Of a DNA stretch of 64,000 nucleotides, positions 9,601-20,846 are shown one piece after another. A model generated the notes under the pieces. That model saw only the letters and a program-made list of their open reading frames with translations, made no database searches and had not been told where the DNA came from. The first letter of the stretch is position 1, and each line of letters begins with the position of its first letter. The position numbers and the translations under genes are program-made. The DNA is from Octopus sinensis (lineage: Eukaryota): contig NC_043002.1 in NCBI RefSeq assembly GCF_006345805.1, positions 25,544,001 to 25,608,000 on the forward strand, written 5' to 3'.

Positions 9601-12600
9601 CCTTTGGAAATATTCTGTACGTGAGAAGACCAGGCAGGACAAGTGAGCCCAGCCCACTTATGAATGCCTTTCCTCCCTTGGACACAAAGACCGGTTGAGG
9701 CAAGCGAAGTCGATATAGAACCTCATCCGACGACAGACACCCATGCCAACCCCCCATGCTTGCGAAGACATGTTGGGGAAATCGAAATCGAAACCGAATT
9801 GAACCAGCCAGGATCCCTGGCCTGGTGGTACGTAAAAAGCACTATCCGACTCGTGGCCGTGGCACGTAAAATACTCCAATGCGACCGTACGACAGGCACC
9901 CATGCCAACCCCCTTTGCTTGTGAAGACATGTTGGGGCAAGCGAAATCGAAATCGAATTGAACCAGCCAGGATCCCTGGTCTGGTGGTACGTAAAAAGCA
10001 CTATCCGACTCATGGCCGTGGCACGTAAAATACTCCAATGCGACCGTACGACAGGCACCCATGCCAACCCCCTTTGCTTGTGAAGACATGTTGGGGCAAG
10101 CGAAATCGAAATCGAATTGAACCAGCCAGGATCCCTGGTCTGGTGGTACGTAAAAAGCACTATCCGACTCGTGGCCGATGCCAGCACCGCCTCGACTGGC
10201 TTCCGTGCCGGTGGCACATAAAATACACCAATCTGACCGTGGCCGTTGCCAGCCCCGCCTGGCACCTGTGCAGGTGGCACGTAAAAAGCACCCACTACAC
10301 TCACGGAGTGGTTGGCGTTAGGAAGGGCATCCAGCTGTAGAAACATTGCCAGATTAGACTGGAGCCTGGTGCAGCCTTCTGGCTTCCCAGAACCCCGGTC
10401 GAACCGTCCAACCCATGCTAGCATGGAGAACGGACGTTAAACGACGATGATGATGATGATGTTGACGGTTGAATGTTGGTGCAGGAGTAGCTGTGTGATA
10501 AGAAGCTTATTTCCCAACTACACGGCTATGATCTCACTTGGCTTGCCGGGTCTTCTCAAGCACAGCATATCTCCATAGGTCTCGGTCACTTGTCATTATC
10601 TCTGTGAGGCCCAATGTTTGAAGCTCATGCTTCACCACCTCATCCCATGTCTTCCTCTTCCACAGGTTCCCTCCACACCATTGTCCTCATCAACATACAA
10701 CACATGACCATACCAGAACAGTTGTCTCTCTTGCACACCATATCTGATGGTTCTTGTGTCCCACTTTTCTCTCAGGGTGCTTACACTCTGTCATGTACAC
10801 ACACTGATATTACACATCCAGCGGAGCATACTAACTTAATTTCTTTCAAGCCTATGCATGTCCTCAGCAGTAACAACCTATGTTTCAATTGTCGTGTAGC
10901 ACTGCTGTTTGCACACAGGCATCATACAGGCTACCTTTCACTCTGAACGAGAGGCCCTTTGTTACTAGCAGAGGTAGGAGGTCTCTGAACTTTGCCCAGG
11001 CTATTCTTATCCTAGCAGCTATGCTCTCAAAGCATCCACCCCAGCTATTGACTTGGTCACCTAGGTAATGGAAGCTATCAACTACTACTAGTTTTTCTCC
11101 CTGGCATGTCACAGAATCTGTTTTCTGTATATCTTCGTTGTTTATTGCACCTGTGCATCTGCCACACACAAAAACTATCTTACCCAGTTAACCGTTCCCT
11201 TGATATTGCTGCACCTCTTATGTGTCCCTAAGTTACACCAGGTACATCTTATGGAGTTTCTACCTACACCTTTTCTACAGATCAAGCTGGGCCATCTACC
11301 TGAAGGGATTTGTGATTGTGATTTGTCTGCCTTCCTACTTATTAAGACTTTGGTTTTTACTAGATTGACTCTGACGTTCTTTGATTCTAGACCTTGCTTC
11401 CACACCTGAAACTTCTCTAGTTCTGGTAGTGACTCAGCTCTTAGAGCAAAGTTATCAGCATGGAAGAGCTTCCTCTGTTATTGCCTAGAAGACTATGATG
11501 AATAAAAGGCAGCTGAGAACTGATCCTTAGTGAACCCCAACTTCTACCTGGAATTCTTCACTATACTCATTGCCAACCCTCACATTACTGACAGCATTCC
11601 TGTATATGGCTTGTACAGCTTTCAACAACCACTCATCTATCTCTAGTTTCTGCACTGACCACTGGATATGGGACTGGAGGAGTTTGTCAAAGGCTTTCTC
11701 CATGTCAACAAAAGCTAAGTAAAGAGGTTTATCTTTGGTTAGGAATTTCCCCTGTATCTGCCTTACCAGAAATATAGCATCAGTGGTGCTTCTCCCCAGC
11801 ACAAACATAAACTGCATCTCATTTAAACTATCTCTCTCTCTAATTAGTTGGGCTATGACCCTCTCCTTGACTTTCATCACCTGATCCAACAATTTGAAAT
11901 CTCTGTAATTATTTCTATCTAATGTATCACCTTGCCTTTGTAACAGTTGACTATGGTGCTGCTACACCAGTCATTGGGTATGACTCCTTTGTGTATCACC
12001 TGGTTAACTATAAGGGTGACTAGACAATAGCCTACAATGTCAGATATTTTAAGCATCTCAGAACTCAGCAGTGATTCCTGATGGGCTGGGGGTGCTTTCC
12101 CTGTCTTCATACCCTTAACTACTTTATCTGCCAAGGTACTCTCAATTCGAATAGCTGGTCCCTCTGTTGGGTCGACATTTGGCAGATTCTCTTTCTCATA
12201 TTCATTCTCTTCATTTAGCAACCTTTCATAGTGGCTTCTCCAAGTCTCTCTCTTTGCAGCATCATTAAATGCAAGTGAGCCATCATCCATGCGGACATAT
12301 TTCTCAACGGCATTGCGATTTTCTCTCACACACTGTCTTGCAATTCGAAACACTTTAAGTCTCTGGTCCTCATGATGCAGAACATTGGCAAAATTTTTCT
12401 TATCTTCTTCCCCTCTGGCTAAGTAAATCTGTCTCCTAGCTTCCGTTTTGGCAATCTGATACAGTTCCCTGCTACCACTACACTTTCAGTCCTTCCATGC
12501 CTGTTTCTTTTCCCTAATGGCCCTGTCAACTACATTGTTCCACCACCATGTTATCTTAGGTCAGGAGGGAACTTTGCACCAGCCACAGATCTGGCCAGCA

Positions 12601-15600
12601 GCCTTCAACAAGTTGTCCCGTAGGAAACTCTAGTTGTCCTCCACATTATGTGATGCTATATCCTCCGCTTTTTCATCAAAAACTTCAAGTAATACGTCTC
12701 TAAGTCTCTGTCCATTCAGAAGATCTTTAAGCTTCCACACGAGAATGTAGTCAATCTGAGTAGTGTACCCACCAGACTGGTAGGTGAACAGGTGACTAGC
12801 AGGTTGCCTGAAGTTAGTGTTACAGATCATAAGATCATTTGCATCATCTTTTAGCATCTGTTTTCCATGCTGGCATGGGTTAGATGGTTTGACTGGAACT
12901 ACTAAGCCAGAGAGCTGTGCCAGACTCCAGTCTGATTTTGGCTTGGTTTCTAAGGCTGGATACCCTTCCTTATGCCAACCACTCCAAGAGTGTAGTGAGT
13001 GCCTTTTACATATCACTGTCATGGGTGCCTTTTATGAGTCACTGCCATGGATGTCTTTTGTGTGTCACCATCACAGGAGCCCTTGATGTGTCACAGTCAC
13101 AGGTGCCTTATATGTGTCACCGACACCGTTCATGATAGTCTATACATTAATGAACCAGCATTTAGAAACTGCACAAAAACTTAAACTGGCATTGATGTCT
13201 CTTTCAGATGGAGATCCATGGTATTCAACTTATTGACAGCAGATGGTAAATGATAATGATGAATGACACCTTGGATACACTGCAGTGGCTTTTTTAAAAT
13301 CATTCTCTTTAATGACTTAAGTAAGAAGCAAAAGGGCGACAGCCATGACCCATTTCAAGGTCTCCAAGATTAGTAGGAAGAATTTATTCTCAGATCATAA
13401 ACCTGGCTTCAATTCATGTACTAGAGTGGAGTATACTAGTAACACCCAAGGGTCAAGTGGTGGTGTTAAACTGGGTGATAGAAGTAGTTGATTGTCATAT
13501 AATAACAGTGATTCTGTCATTTCAATTGATACAAGATCTAGAGACTGGGGGTTCAAACCTTGCTATCATGTTTTTAGTCAATTTATTTTCATAAATATAA
13601 TGAAAAACCTAGGACCATTCTCAATAGTTGACGGGTACAAACACAGGTACACAATAGCTGAGTATTTAAACTAATCAAAGAGTGAAACCCCAAAACAAAT
13701 ATTATTTGCATTAATCTGCCACATCACAAAATAGTAATCACCCTCTCATTACGAATAAAGGTAGAGGAGCTAGTGACAAGCTGAATAATACTTTCATCAT
13801 CATTATTGTCATCATCTTATCTGCACTTTCCATGCTAGCATGGGTTGGAGGACCACAACTTGCTCCAGTGTTTCTACAGCTGAATGCCCTTCCTAACCCC
13901 AAACACTTTACAGAATATACTGGGTGCATTCTTTGTGGTATCAGCACTATCTAGATTGTTGTATTCTTCATGACAATCTTTGTAACAATTTTAAATGATT
14001 ATTTAAACTTACAAACCCATCCAACTAGTATCAGTTAAGAAAATCAATAATTACAAAAGTCAAAATATTTGAGGTAAGGAAATAAAGAAGAGAATTAAAT
14101 AATTAAAAATAATTATACCTCCACAAAGTTTGTATGTTTAGCATCTCTGACGGTAACCACAGCATGCACTTCCTCAATCAGCTTTTGCTTTTCATCATCA
14201 TCAAAGTGCATGTACCATTTGGCTAAACGGGTTTTACCAGCTCTGTTCTGGATTAGAATGAAACGAATCTGCAAGAAAAAAGAAAAATCCAGTTTGGATG
14301 AGAAGCATTAGAATATATTTTTGACATCATGAGGACCATTTTGTCTCAACACTTATCAGATCATCTGTAATGTGATGTTGTACATTTTAGGGTCAGCTGT
14401 CATCCACAAATGAGTATGGTTTGATAACATGTATCATGCTTTTGCGAACTGTCTCGGGTGCCAATGTAACCATGAGCAGAGATAAATACTCTTTTGACTT
14501 TCCCACTTTTTGACCTAGGAAGGACAGAGAGCTGCACCAGCATTTGGCTGGTACTCATTTTTGGAGGAGCAAATGAAATGAAATGCCTTGCTCAAAGACA
14601 TATTGCTCATTATCACACATATGCACAACTATTTAGGTTTCTGCTTAATTAAAAATGAAAATGATTTGGTAGCTGAATGACATCTAACCTTCATCTTTTA
14701 CTTGTTTCAGTCTGCAGTCATGTTGAGGAATTTTAGTTGAATGAACCAATTCCAGTACTACATTTTATTTTAAACCTGATACTAATTTTATTGGTCTCTT
14801 TTGCTGAACTGTTAAGTTACTGAGTTGTCGGGTGGTGGTTGAAGGACAAAACACAGACACTAAGACACACACACATATAAGTATATATGTGATAGGCTTC
14901 TTTCAGTTTCTGTCTACCAAGTCCACTCACAAGGAATTGATTGGCCAAGGCTGAAGTGGCAGACACTTGCACACGGTACCACACAGTGGGACTGAAACCT
15001 GGAACTATGTGGATGGGAAGCAAACTTCTTACCACACAGCCAAGTATCCACAGAAACAAGGTGACCCTGGTCAATGTCAACATGATTCAATCATCCAACA
15101 TATTTTGAGTTTCATCATTGATTATTATTTAACTGATTCTTCAAACAAAATTTTACATCTACCATAATGCTTGTCAAAGCTTCTGATGGCGATTCTCATT
15201 CAGCTTAATCTTTCACTTCAGACCTGCTCAGCTTGGTTACACTTACCATGAGTAAAACTCATGATGGTATAGAGTTGTAGGACATGCAAGTGTCACTACC
15301 AAGATTAAGATGAGAATCATTGGCGGGGTAAATAAAATAGCTTTGAGCAAAACACAGGTAAGGGATGCGATAATTTAGATTTTGGGTAGTGTGTGTGTAT
15401 GCTGAATTATTTTTTAAATAAAGGTTGAAATCTGTTTAAGTGTATATGATATAGAAGGAGCAAGACCTTGTGAGTGGATTTGATAGTTGGGAATTGAAAT
15501 AAGCCTATTGTATGGTTGTGTAGTTAAGAAGTTCCCTTCAGAGCCAGATGGTTAGGGATCCCGTTCCATTATGTGGACACTGTTGGCTAGTGTCCTCTAC

Positions 15601-18235
15601 TAATACTATAGCAGCAGGTCGATCAATACCTCGTGAATGAAACTGGTAGATGGAAACTGAAGGAACATTATTGTATATATGTATATGTGTAAGTGTGTGA
15701 GTGAGTCTGTATTTTTCTTCATCTTCACATGATTGCAAATAAGAGACTCATTGTTGATGCTGTGTCATCTAATTGCAGTCCATTGCAAAGGCATGTCTGG
15801 GTTTCTTGACACTGCACATTATTTGTAAACAATAGCCTCACCATTCATATAAACAGTGTTGTTTTGTTGTAGCCCTCTGCAAAAAGCATGCCTGGGCTGT
15901 TCCTTATGTGATAGATGAAGGGATAACCTTGCTTGGAAACAGATGAGGGTTGGCATCAGGATGTGTGTTCAACCATAGAAAACTCTACCTCAATGTTGTC
16001 ACCTCTGACTCATGCAAGTAAGGAAAAGTAGATGTTAAAACTATGTAAAAAATACAGAAAGTCATACATGTGCATGTGTGTGTGTAGGCATGTGTACCTG
16101 TGTATTTGTTTACAGTTGTGCTCCACTGAAAATTGTTCAGCTATGGGCTGTGATGATTTACCATGTCATCTGCTGGCTTTGCACCTTTGAAAACTGTTGG
16201 GATAAAATACCTCTTACTTGAAATATAGGTAAGGGTTAGTGACAAGAAGGGCATCTGGCTCTAAAACAATGTCTCAATAATATATTTGCCTAATCTATGC
16301 TAGCATAGAAAAAAAAACATGGAGAATGAATTGAATGAACATTAGTGCTGTAAGTTTAGACATTGTGCATTATACAAGTTTTAGAGTACCGGCTAATTTA
16401 TTACTTTTATAATAGCCAGGAGGAGGAAAAGTATCACCCAGATGACATTTACTGGAGCCTTACAAGACTGGAGTCCTTGTCAGAATGCTTGTAAGAGACT
16501 GAACTCTCTTAAAGGGTTCCAAGAATTAGGTGGGTGATTTAAGTGGCTGATGTTCCAAAAGCAGGAACAGGGCTCCAATACACTTCCTGTTGACCATATG
16601 TCAATCACTGGGCTATGGTTGACCTAGTATTGTGAAATGAAACTGAAAATGAAGCCACTCATGGGTGAAAGAAACTTCTTATTACACAGCTATGCTTGCA
16701 TTCTGTTTGAAGTTAACTAAACCATTCTCTTTGTAATTTAGAATTCTATTTGAAGGATTTGGGAGGCTGGAACCTACACATTGCTTATCATTCAAAGGGC
16801 ATGAATACTATAATTTCATCTTTCTGCTTCATCTATCACTAATACAAAAGCTTCTGCTTTTTTGAACAAGCCAGCTTGGATACTGTCATTAGATATTTCC
16901 TTACAGATGTACTTATCTCTTCAGTCAGAGAGGGCTTGTAAAGATCAAGGGCACTGCTCCATCTGTGTGTGAACTCTGAAAGACATGTCAGACTAGAGAA
17001 TAAAGTGATTGCTATGAGAAAGAATGAGTGCTTGGCTAATAAAGGCAATCACTGAAATATGTACTGACCTTTGAAGAATACAATATAATGTTATTGCAGT
17101 GTCATGGGGGCTTCCTGGAAATGTGCAAGTACTGCTGCATTTTATTGCAGTTAAGGAAAGAAGAACTAGGTGAAGGTGTAAAACCTTCAGAAAGCAATCA
17201 GTAATGTAAGTTGTATAACAAGGCATAGCTGTGTGGTCAAGAAGTTCACTTTTACATGGTTTTGGGTTCTGTCCTACCGCACGCCACATTGGGCAAGTGC
17301 CTACTACTATAGTGCTGGAGCCGATCAATTTCTTGCTCGCGAATTTACTTGGTAGACGGAAATTGTGGAAGTGCGTGTCTTTGTACTTGCGTCCCACCCT
17401 CACCGCTTTACAACCGGTAAAATATATCGTTAGATAAGTACTGGGGGCGATTTGTTCGAGTGAGCCAACGACGCGATTCTGAAGTACGGCCTTGTAGCAT
17501 TAGACCAATTATTGAAACAGAATTGTCAATTTCATCCTGGTGATTGATTTGGGACTCTCCAGGTTGGAACTTGTGGCCGATCGATGACGTTACATTCGGA
17601 AGTTGGTCAATACACTCCTTCGTTTTTCCGAAGAATTTGCTATATTAACTGAATATTGTTTCTCGTGTGGCAACAGTATATCAGGTCAGTTTATGTAGGT
17701 ATTAACAAAACAACGGTTTACATAAGTGCTGAGAATATGAAAGTATACACACACAGAGTGAGAGGAAGTAATAAATGGTTAACAGGTAGATATTTAAAGG
17801 TTAAAGTAATTTACTACACACACATCTATACATCTTTCTCTATATATATTTGTTCGAAGGTGATGATTTACAGCGCTGCTACTCAGAGTTTCTCGATATA
17901 AATATATATATATTAGAGAGAGAGAGAGAGAGCGTGGATCTTTTCACAGCTATTCAGCTGCGTTCGAGATTTCCTGAATTAATATTTATATATATAGTTA
18001 TCAAGGAGAAAACAGATCATCTTGTACATTCATACAGGAATTCGTAGCTAGGGTAAGCCTCAACTACGGTAATATACAAAACTGTAGTGATCTGACAGCA
18101 TGACTCGGTTTTAAAATCAAAGCGGAGTTTAATCTACAATTATATATACAAATATTTACAGCTGTACATATATCTTTATATATTTACATCAAAATAAAAT
18201 AGATTTAAGAAAGGTAGAATATATAAACTCACCAT
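3554..18235 (-). CDS. AP2S1: AP-2 complex subunit sigma (sigma2/AP17), spliced 4-exon CDS, 142 aa
   Basis: Manual minus-strand translation of 4 exons with GT-AG boundaries gives M + [50 protein letters not shown] + [58 protein letters not shown] + [33 protein letters not shown] (1+50+58+33=142 aa), nearly identical to human AP2S1 as I recall it. Confidence 0.97.
3735..4278 (+). mobile_element. SINE family A 5' part followed by a tRNA-headed SINE (AP2S1 intron 3)
   Basis: aagcttgtttcccaaccacatggttc...gggcaagtgtcttctactat head, then an A/B-box-like head (tagcttagtgg...gttcaatac) resembling the copy at 44420. Confidence 0.7.
5200..5615 (+). mobile_element. RTE-LINE 3'-tail-type non-autonomous element
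   Basis: ggcgttaggaagggcatccagctgtagaaac ... aacccgtgctagcgcggaaaacggacgtt + (GAT)n tail; matches the 3' end of the RTE at 10190-10460. Confidence 0.85.
6355..6680 (-). mobile_element. RTE-tail-type element, inverted relative to 5200-5615
   Basis: (ATC)n followed by the reverse complement of the same tail; ends about 140 bp from the exon 3 donor. Confidence 0.85.
6817..6990 (-). CDS. AP2S1: AP2S1 exon 3 (174 nt, aa 52-109)
   Basis: catttcttag|TTT CGA AAC ... TTT TAC AAG|gtaaag; encodes [16 protein letters not shown]...[10 protein letters not shown]. Confidence 0.97.
8118..8211. repeat. Perfect 30-bp inverted repeat with 34-nt spacer (MITE-like)
   Basis: taagggaggtaactgtgttatgtcataaat (8118-8147) is the exact reverse complement of 8182-8211. 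Confidence 0.9.
8860..10460 (+). mobile_element. 5'-truncated RTE-clade LINE (C-terminal RT region, 3' UTR, (GAT)n tail)
   Basis: ORF 8843-9646: [51 protein letters not shown], typical of RTE ORF ends; frame intact to its stop; 3' UTR ends in a GAT repeat. Confidence 0.92.
9730..10177 (+). repeat. 159-bp tandem repeat (about 2.8 copies) in the RTE 3' UTR
   Basis: tatccgact anchors at 9843, 10002 and 10161 (spacing 159); explains the 53-aa repeats in antisense ORFs. Confidence 0.9.
10534..12840 (-). mobile_element. Decayed RTE-clade LINE, inverted relative to 8860-10460
   Basis: Minus-strand fragments: QIDYILV (endonuclease end), [60 protein letters not shown]...AK*; multiple stops and frameshifts. 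Confidence 0.9.
12840..13130 (-). mobile_element. RTE-tail-type element abutting or interrupting the minus-strand RTE
   Basis: catcatcttt...catgctggcatgggtt...cttccttatgccaaccactcc is the reverse complement of the tail family. Confidence 0.75.
14119..14268 (-). CDS. AP2S1: AP2S1 exon 2 (150 nt, aa 2-51)
   Basis: ttcttgcag|ATT CGT TTC ... TTT GTG GAG|gtataa; encodes [19 protein letters not shown]..., including conserved Arg15. Confidence 0.97.
14690..15045 (-). mobile_element. SINE family A, diverged
   Basis: cttttacttgtttcagtc tail, central CA/TA repeat, and cttctttcagtttctgtctaccaagtccactcacaagg head. Confidence 0.75.
17222..17520 (+). mobile_element. SINE family A, diverged
   Basis: gctgtgtggtcaagaag...gggcaagtgcctactactatag...ggtagacggaaa head with a diverged tail. 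Confidence 0.7.
18233..18235 (-). CDS. AP2S1: AP2S1 exon 1 coding part (ATG only)
   Basis: Minus strand reads ...ttttcataATG|gtgagt (strong donor), immediately downstream of a promoter-motif cluster; supplies the Met missing from exon 2. Confidence 0.85.
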
Positions 18236-18252
18236 TATGAAAATTATGCCTA

Positions 18253-18303
18253 CCGCCCACTGACCGCAATGCGCATGCGCAAATTTACTGAACCGACTTC
18301 CTG
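18253..18303 (-). promoter_or_regulatory. AP2S1 proximal promoter / 5' region with housekeeping-type motifs
   Basis: GC box CCGCCC 18253-18258, perfect palindrome TGCGCATGCGCA 18270-18281 (NRF1 consensus) and ACTTCCTG 18296-18303 (ETS/GABP-type), all within 70 bp upstream of the ATG in otherwise AT-rich DNA. Confidence 0.7.
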
Positions 18304-18924
18304 TTAGAAACTCATTGATCGTGGAGTAGATATTTTACTATGGAAGGACATCATGCAATTAAAATCATTATTTCCAAATTAATGTTTACATTGCTATATG
18401 ATATCACGATATCATAGTATAGTATAGTGTACTAAATAAATATCGCTAATTTTGTATTAATTTGTTTTACGATGTCCGTCTGCCACCAAATGTATTATTT
18501 ATAGTCTATTAGTTATATTTTGAGAATATTTTCTTCCTCTTTTTCTTTTTTTTATTATTTCTTCGCTCAAGTTTGTTTTCTTCGGTTTTTGATTTGTATA
18601 TTGCTGTCTGTCAATTATCTGATTAAGTACGCGTACCTTTTATGTATAAGAAACACACACTTTTTTTTATGAAGCTATGTAACCACACACGTGCTTTTCT
18701 CAGACCATTCTTTTGTTTCTCTCCGGATATTTCATCTCTCCTCTTTATACACACCCTCTTTCCATCTTAAAAGGAGCATCTACCATATACATTTACTGTG
18801 TACGTCCTTTTGACTTTTGTTGTTTCTATTTTTATTTTCTATTTGCATGTATGTAAGTATATATGTGTGTGTGTGTGGTCTAAGAGTTCATAAGTCAGAA
18901 AAAAATGCACTCGTATATCTGTCA

Positions 18925-19280
18925 TTCTTTTACTCTTTTACTTGTTTCAGTCATTTGACTGCAGCCATGCTGGAGCACCACCTTTAATCGAGCAACTCGA
19001 CCTCGGGACTTATTCTTTGTAAGCCCAGTACTTATTCTATCGGTCTCTTTTGCCGAACCGCTAGGTGACGGGGACATAAACACACCAGCATCAGTTGTCA
19101 AGCAATGCTACGGGGACAAACACAGACACACATACATATACATATATACGACGGGCTTCTTTCAGTTTCCGTCTACCAAATCCACTCACAAGGCTCTGGT
19201 CGGCCCAGGGTGCCGCGCACTGGGACTGAACCCGGAACCATGTGGTTGGTAAACAAGCTACTTACCACACAGCCACTCCT
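18925..19280 (-). mobile_element. SINE family A, near full length
   Basis: Tail, central CA/TA microsatellite and head all present, colinear with 27210-27585. Confidence 0.85.
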
Positions 19281-19666
19281 GCGCCTATTACAAAGTGTAC
19301 AGTGTTATATATATCCATTACGGCTGATCTTATCAATCGGTCTCAGGCTGGGGATTCAACGAACGGCTACCTCCGATGAGCGTAGGGTTACATAATCGGA
19401 TTGTTACCTAACACTCCGTTGAATCTCTAACGCGAAACCGATTGATAAGATCGACCGTAATGGATATATGAAAATGTACACGTTGGATAGTGTGTGTGTG
19501 TGTAATGTCATATGTTTATTTTTGTCTTACACTTTCAGAAACTTATTTAGTCACAATGCGGAAAACAATATACTGGGGACCCCACCACACCATGCACTGA
19601 CTAGCACTGGACTTCCCAAATCGTCGCCAGCCTTGGACAATTGTCCAGTGTGCTCATGCCTTAAGG

Positions 19667-19928
19667 CAGCGGTCTCAACATTTTCTGTACCACGGACCGG
19701 TTTCATGCAAGACAATTTTTCAACAAACGAGACTCATGCACATAACATAAAACACTGAAGTGCACAATATATAACTTAATTCTAACATATATAATGCAAG
19801 AGACCCTGCAGACTACGATGGACAATAAAGTAGAAATAAAATTAAAATGTTTTTCTTTTCTGTGCGGCCCGTTACCAAATGATCCACCGTTTGGTATTAG
19901 TCTTTGACCCGGTGGTTGGGGCCTGTTG
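19667..19928. mobile_element. hAT (Charlie-like) MITE with perfect 8-bp TSD
   Basis: Starts cagcggtctcaac, ends gttggggcctgttg; flanked by ccttaagg at 19659-19666 and 19929-19936. Confidence 0.85.
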
Positions 19929-20678
19929 CCTTAAGGCGACACTGAGTATCCACCAGGCAATAGTTATAGTCGTTCACGGCTAATTTTTTCAATATTCTAG
20001 TTGAAGAGGAAAACATAGGTGGCCAGGTAATTTTAGAAGTTTAAAGTTTTGAGGTGAAACGATCGGGATGCGCGGTTAACATGATATAGAGTATGGGAAA
20101 GAGCTGAAGTTATGGGAAGAGCTTGTGTTTTGGAAAAAAGTTATGTTTAGCTGGCTTAGAGGTAGCATCTATCAGTGTTATAATGGTAGAAGATACAAAA
20201 CTAGAGAGTAATAATAACAGTCTCACGAGAGAAAGTTTGTAAAGTAAGTGGGTCGGGGAAGGCCTCTCAGAATTCAAAGAAGCTGTTAGATTATTTTTTA
20301 TTTTTTGAGAGGAATCCGCCAGATATTTATGGATTCATTCTTGTCTTGTCTATCGGCTGACTTATCCAGTCTTATAGGCCTAGTTAGTGGTTATTGTTCG
20401 GTGGTGTTTAAAGGGGGCTTTTTTCTTTGATGTGGTCCAGAAGGTTGTTATTGTTGTCTAGCTTCATATCAACCCGAATCGATCATACCCATGGCCAAAA
20501 TTACTCCAGTCACGTTCGTTTCGCCTTTTCCCAGGAATATGTTATCCAATGCATCCCCTTCCTTAAGTCAATAGAATGTCATTTAGGGAATATTGATTGC
20601 TATTTCTAGCATGGCGAACGACTGCGTAAAGACCCCCCTCGTTGGCTTTGGTCTAGAATATTAATGTATGTGGTACGA

Positions 20679-20846
20679 AGTGGCGTAGCTAGAGGTTGTA
20701 CAGTCAGAGGCAGCCTTTGGGTTTGCTGCGCTCCTGGGCCCCCAAACCTATACGGACTTATACAGCAAAGCCAAAAGCTCCGCCCTCATAAAAGTGTCGT
20801 TCGGGGCCAACCACTACATCTTCCTCCCCACCTCCAATGCGCTACA
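20679..20846. mobile_element. Possible degraded MITE
   Basis: agtggcgtagctag start with GC-rich ggggcc motifs; right end not clearly matched. Confidence 0.3.

Noticed and set aside
9730-10177. CRISPR-like or repeat-spacer array
   Set aside because: The units are whole tandem duplicates with no unique spacers, and the context is eukaryotic with no cas genes.
9658-10424. 143- and 233-aa antisense ORFs with internal 53-aa repeats
   Set aside because: By-product of the 159-bp tandem repeat in the RTE 3' UTR; no splice or homology evidence. No hammerhead ribozyme core was found in the unit.
16800-17200. Coding-like composition in AP2S1 intron 1 (ORFs 16839-17048 and 16993-17403)
   Set aside because: No recognisable domain, frequent stops in other frames, and part of the longer ORF is a SINE antisense read-through.
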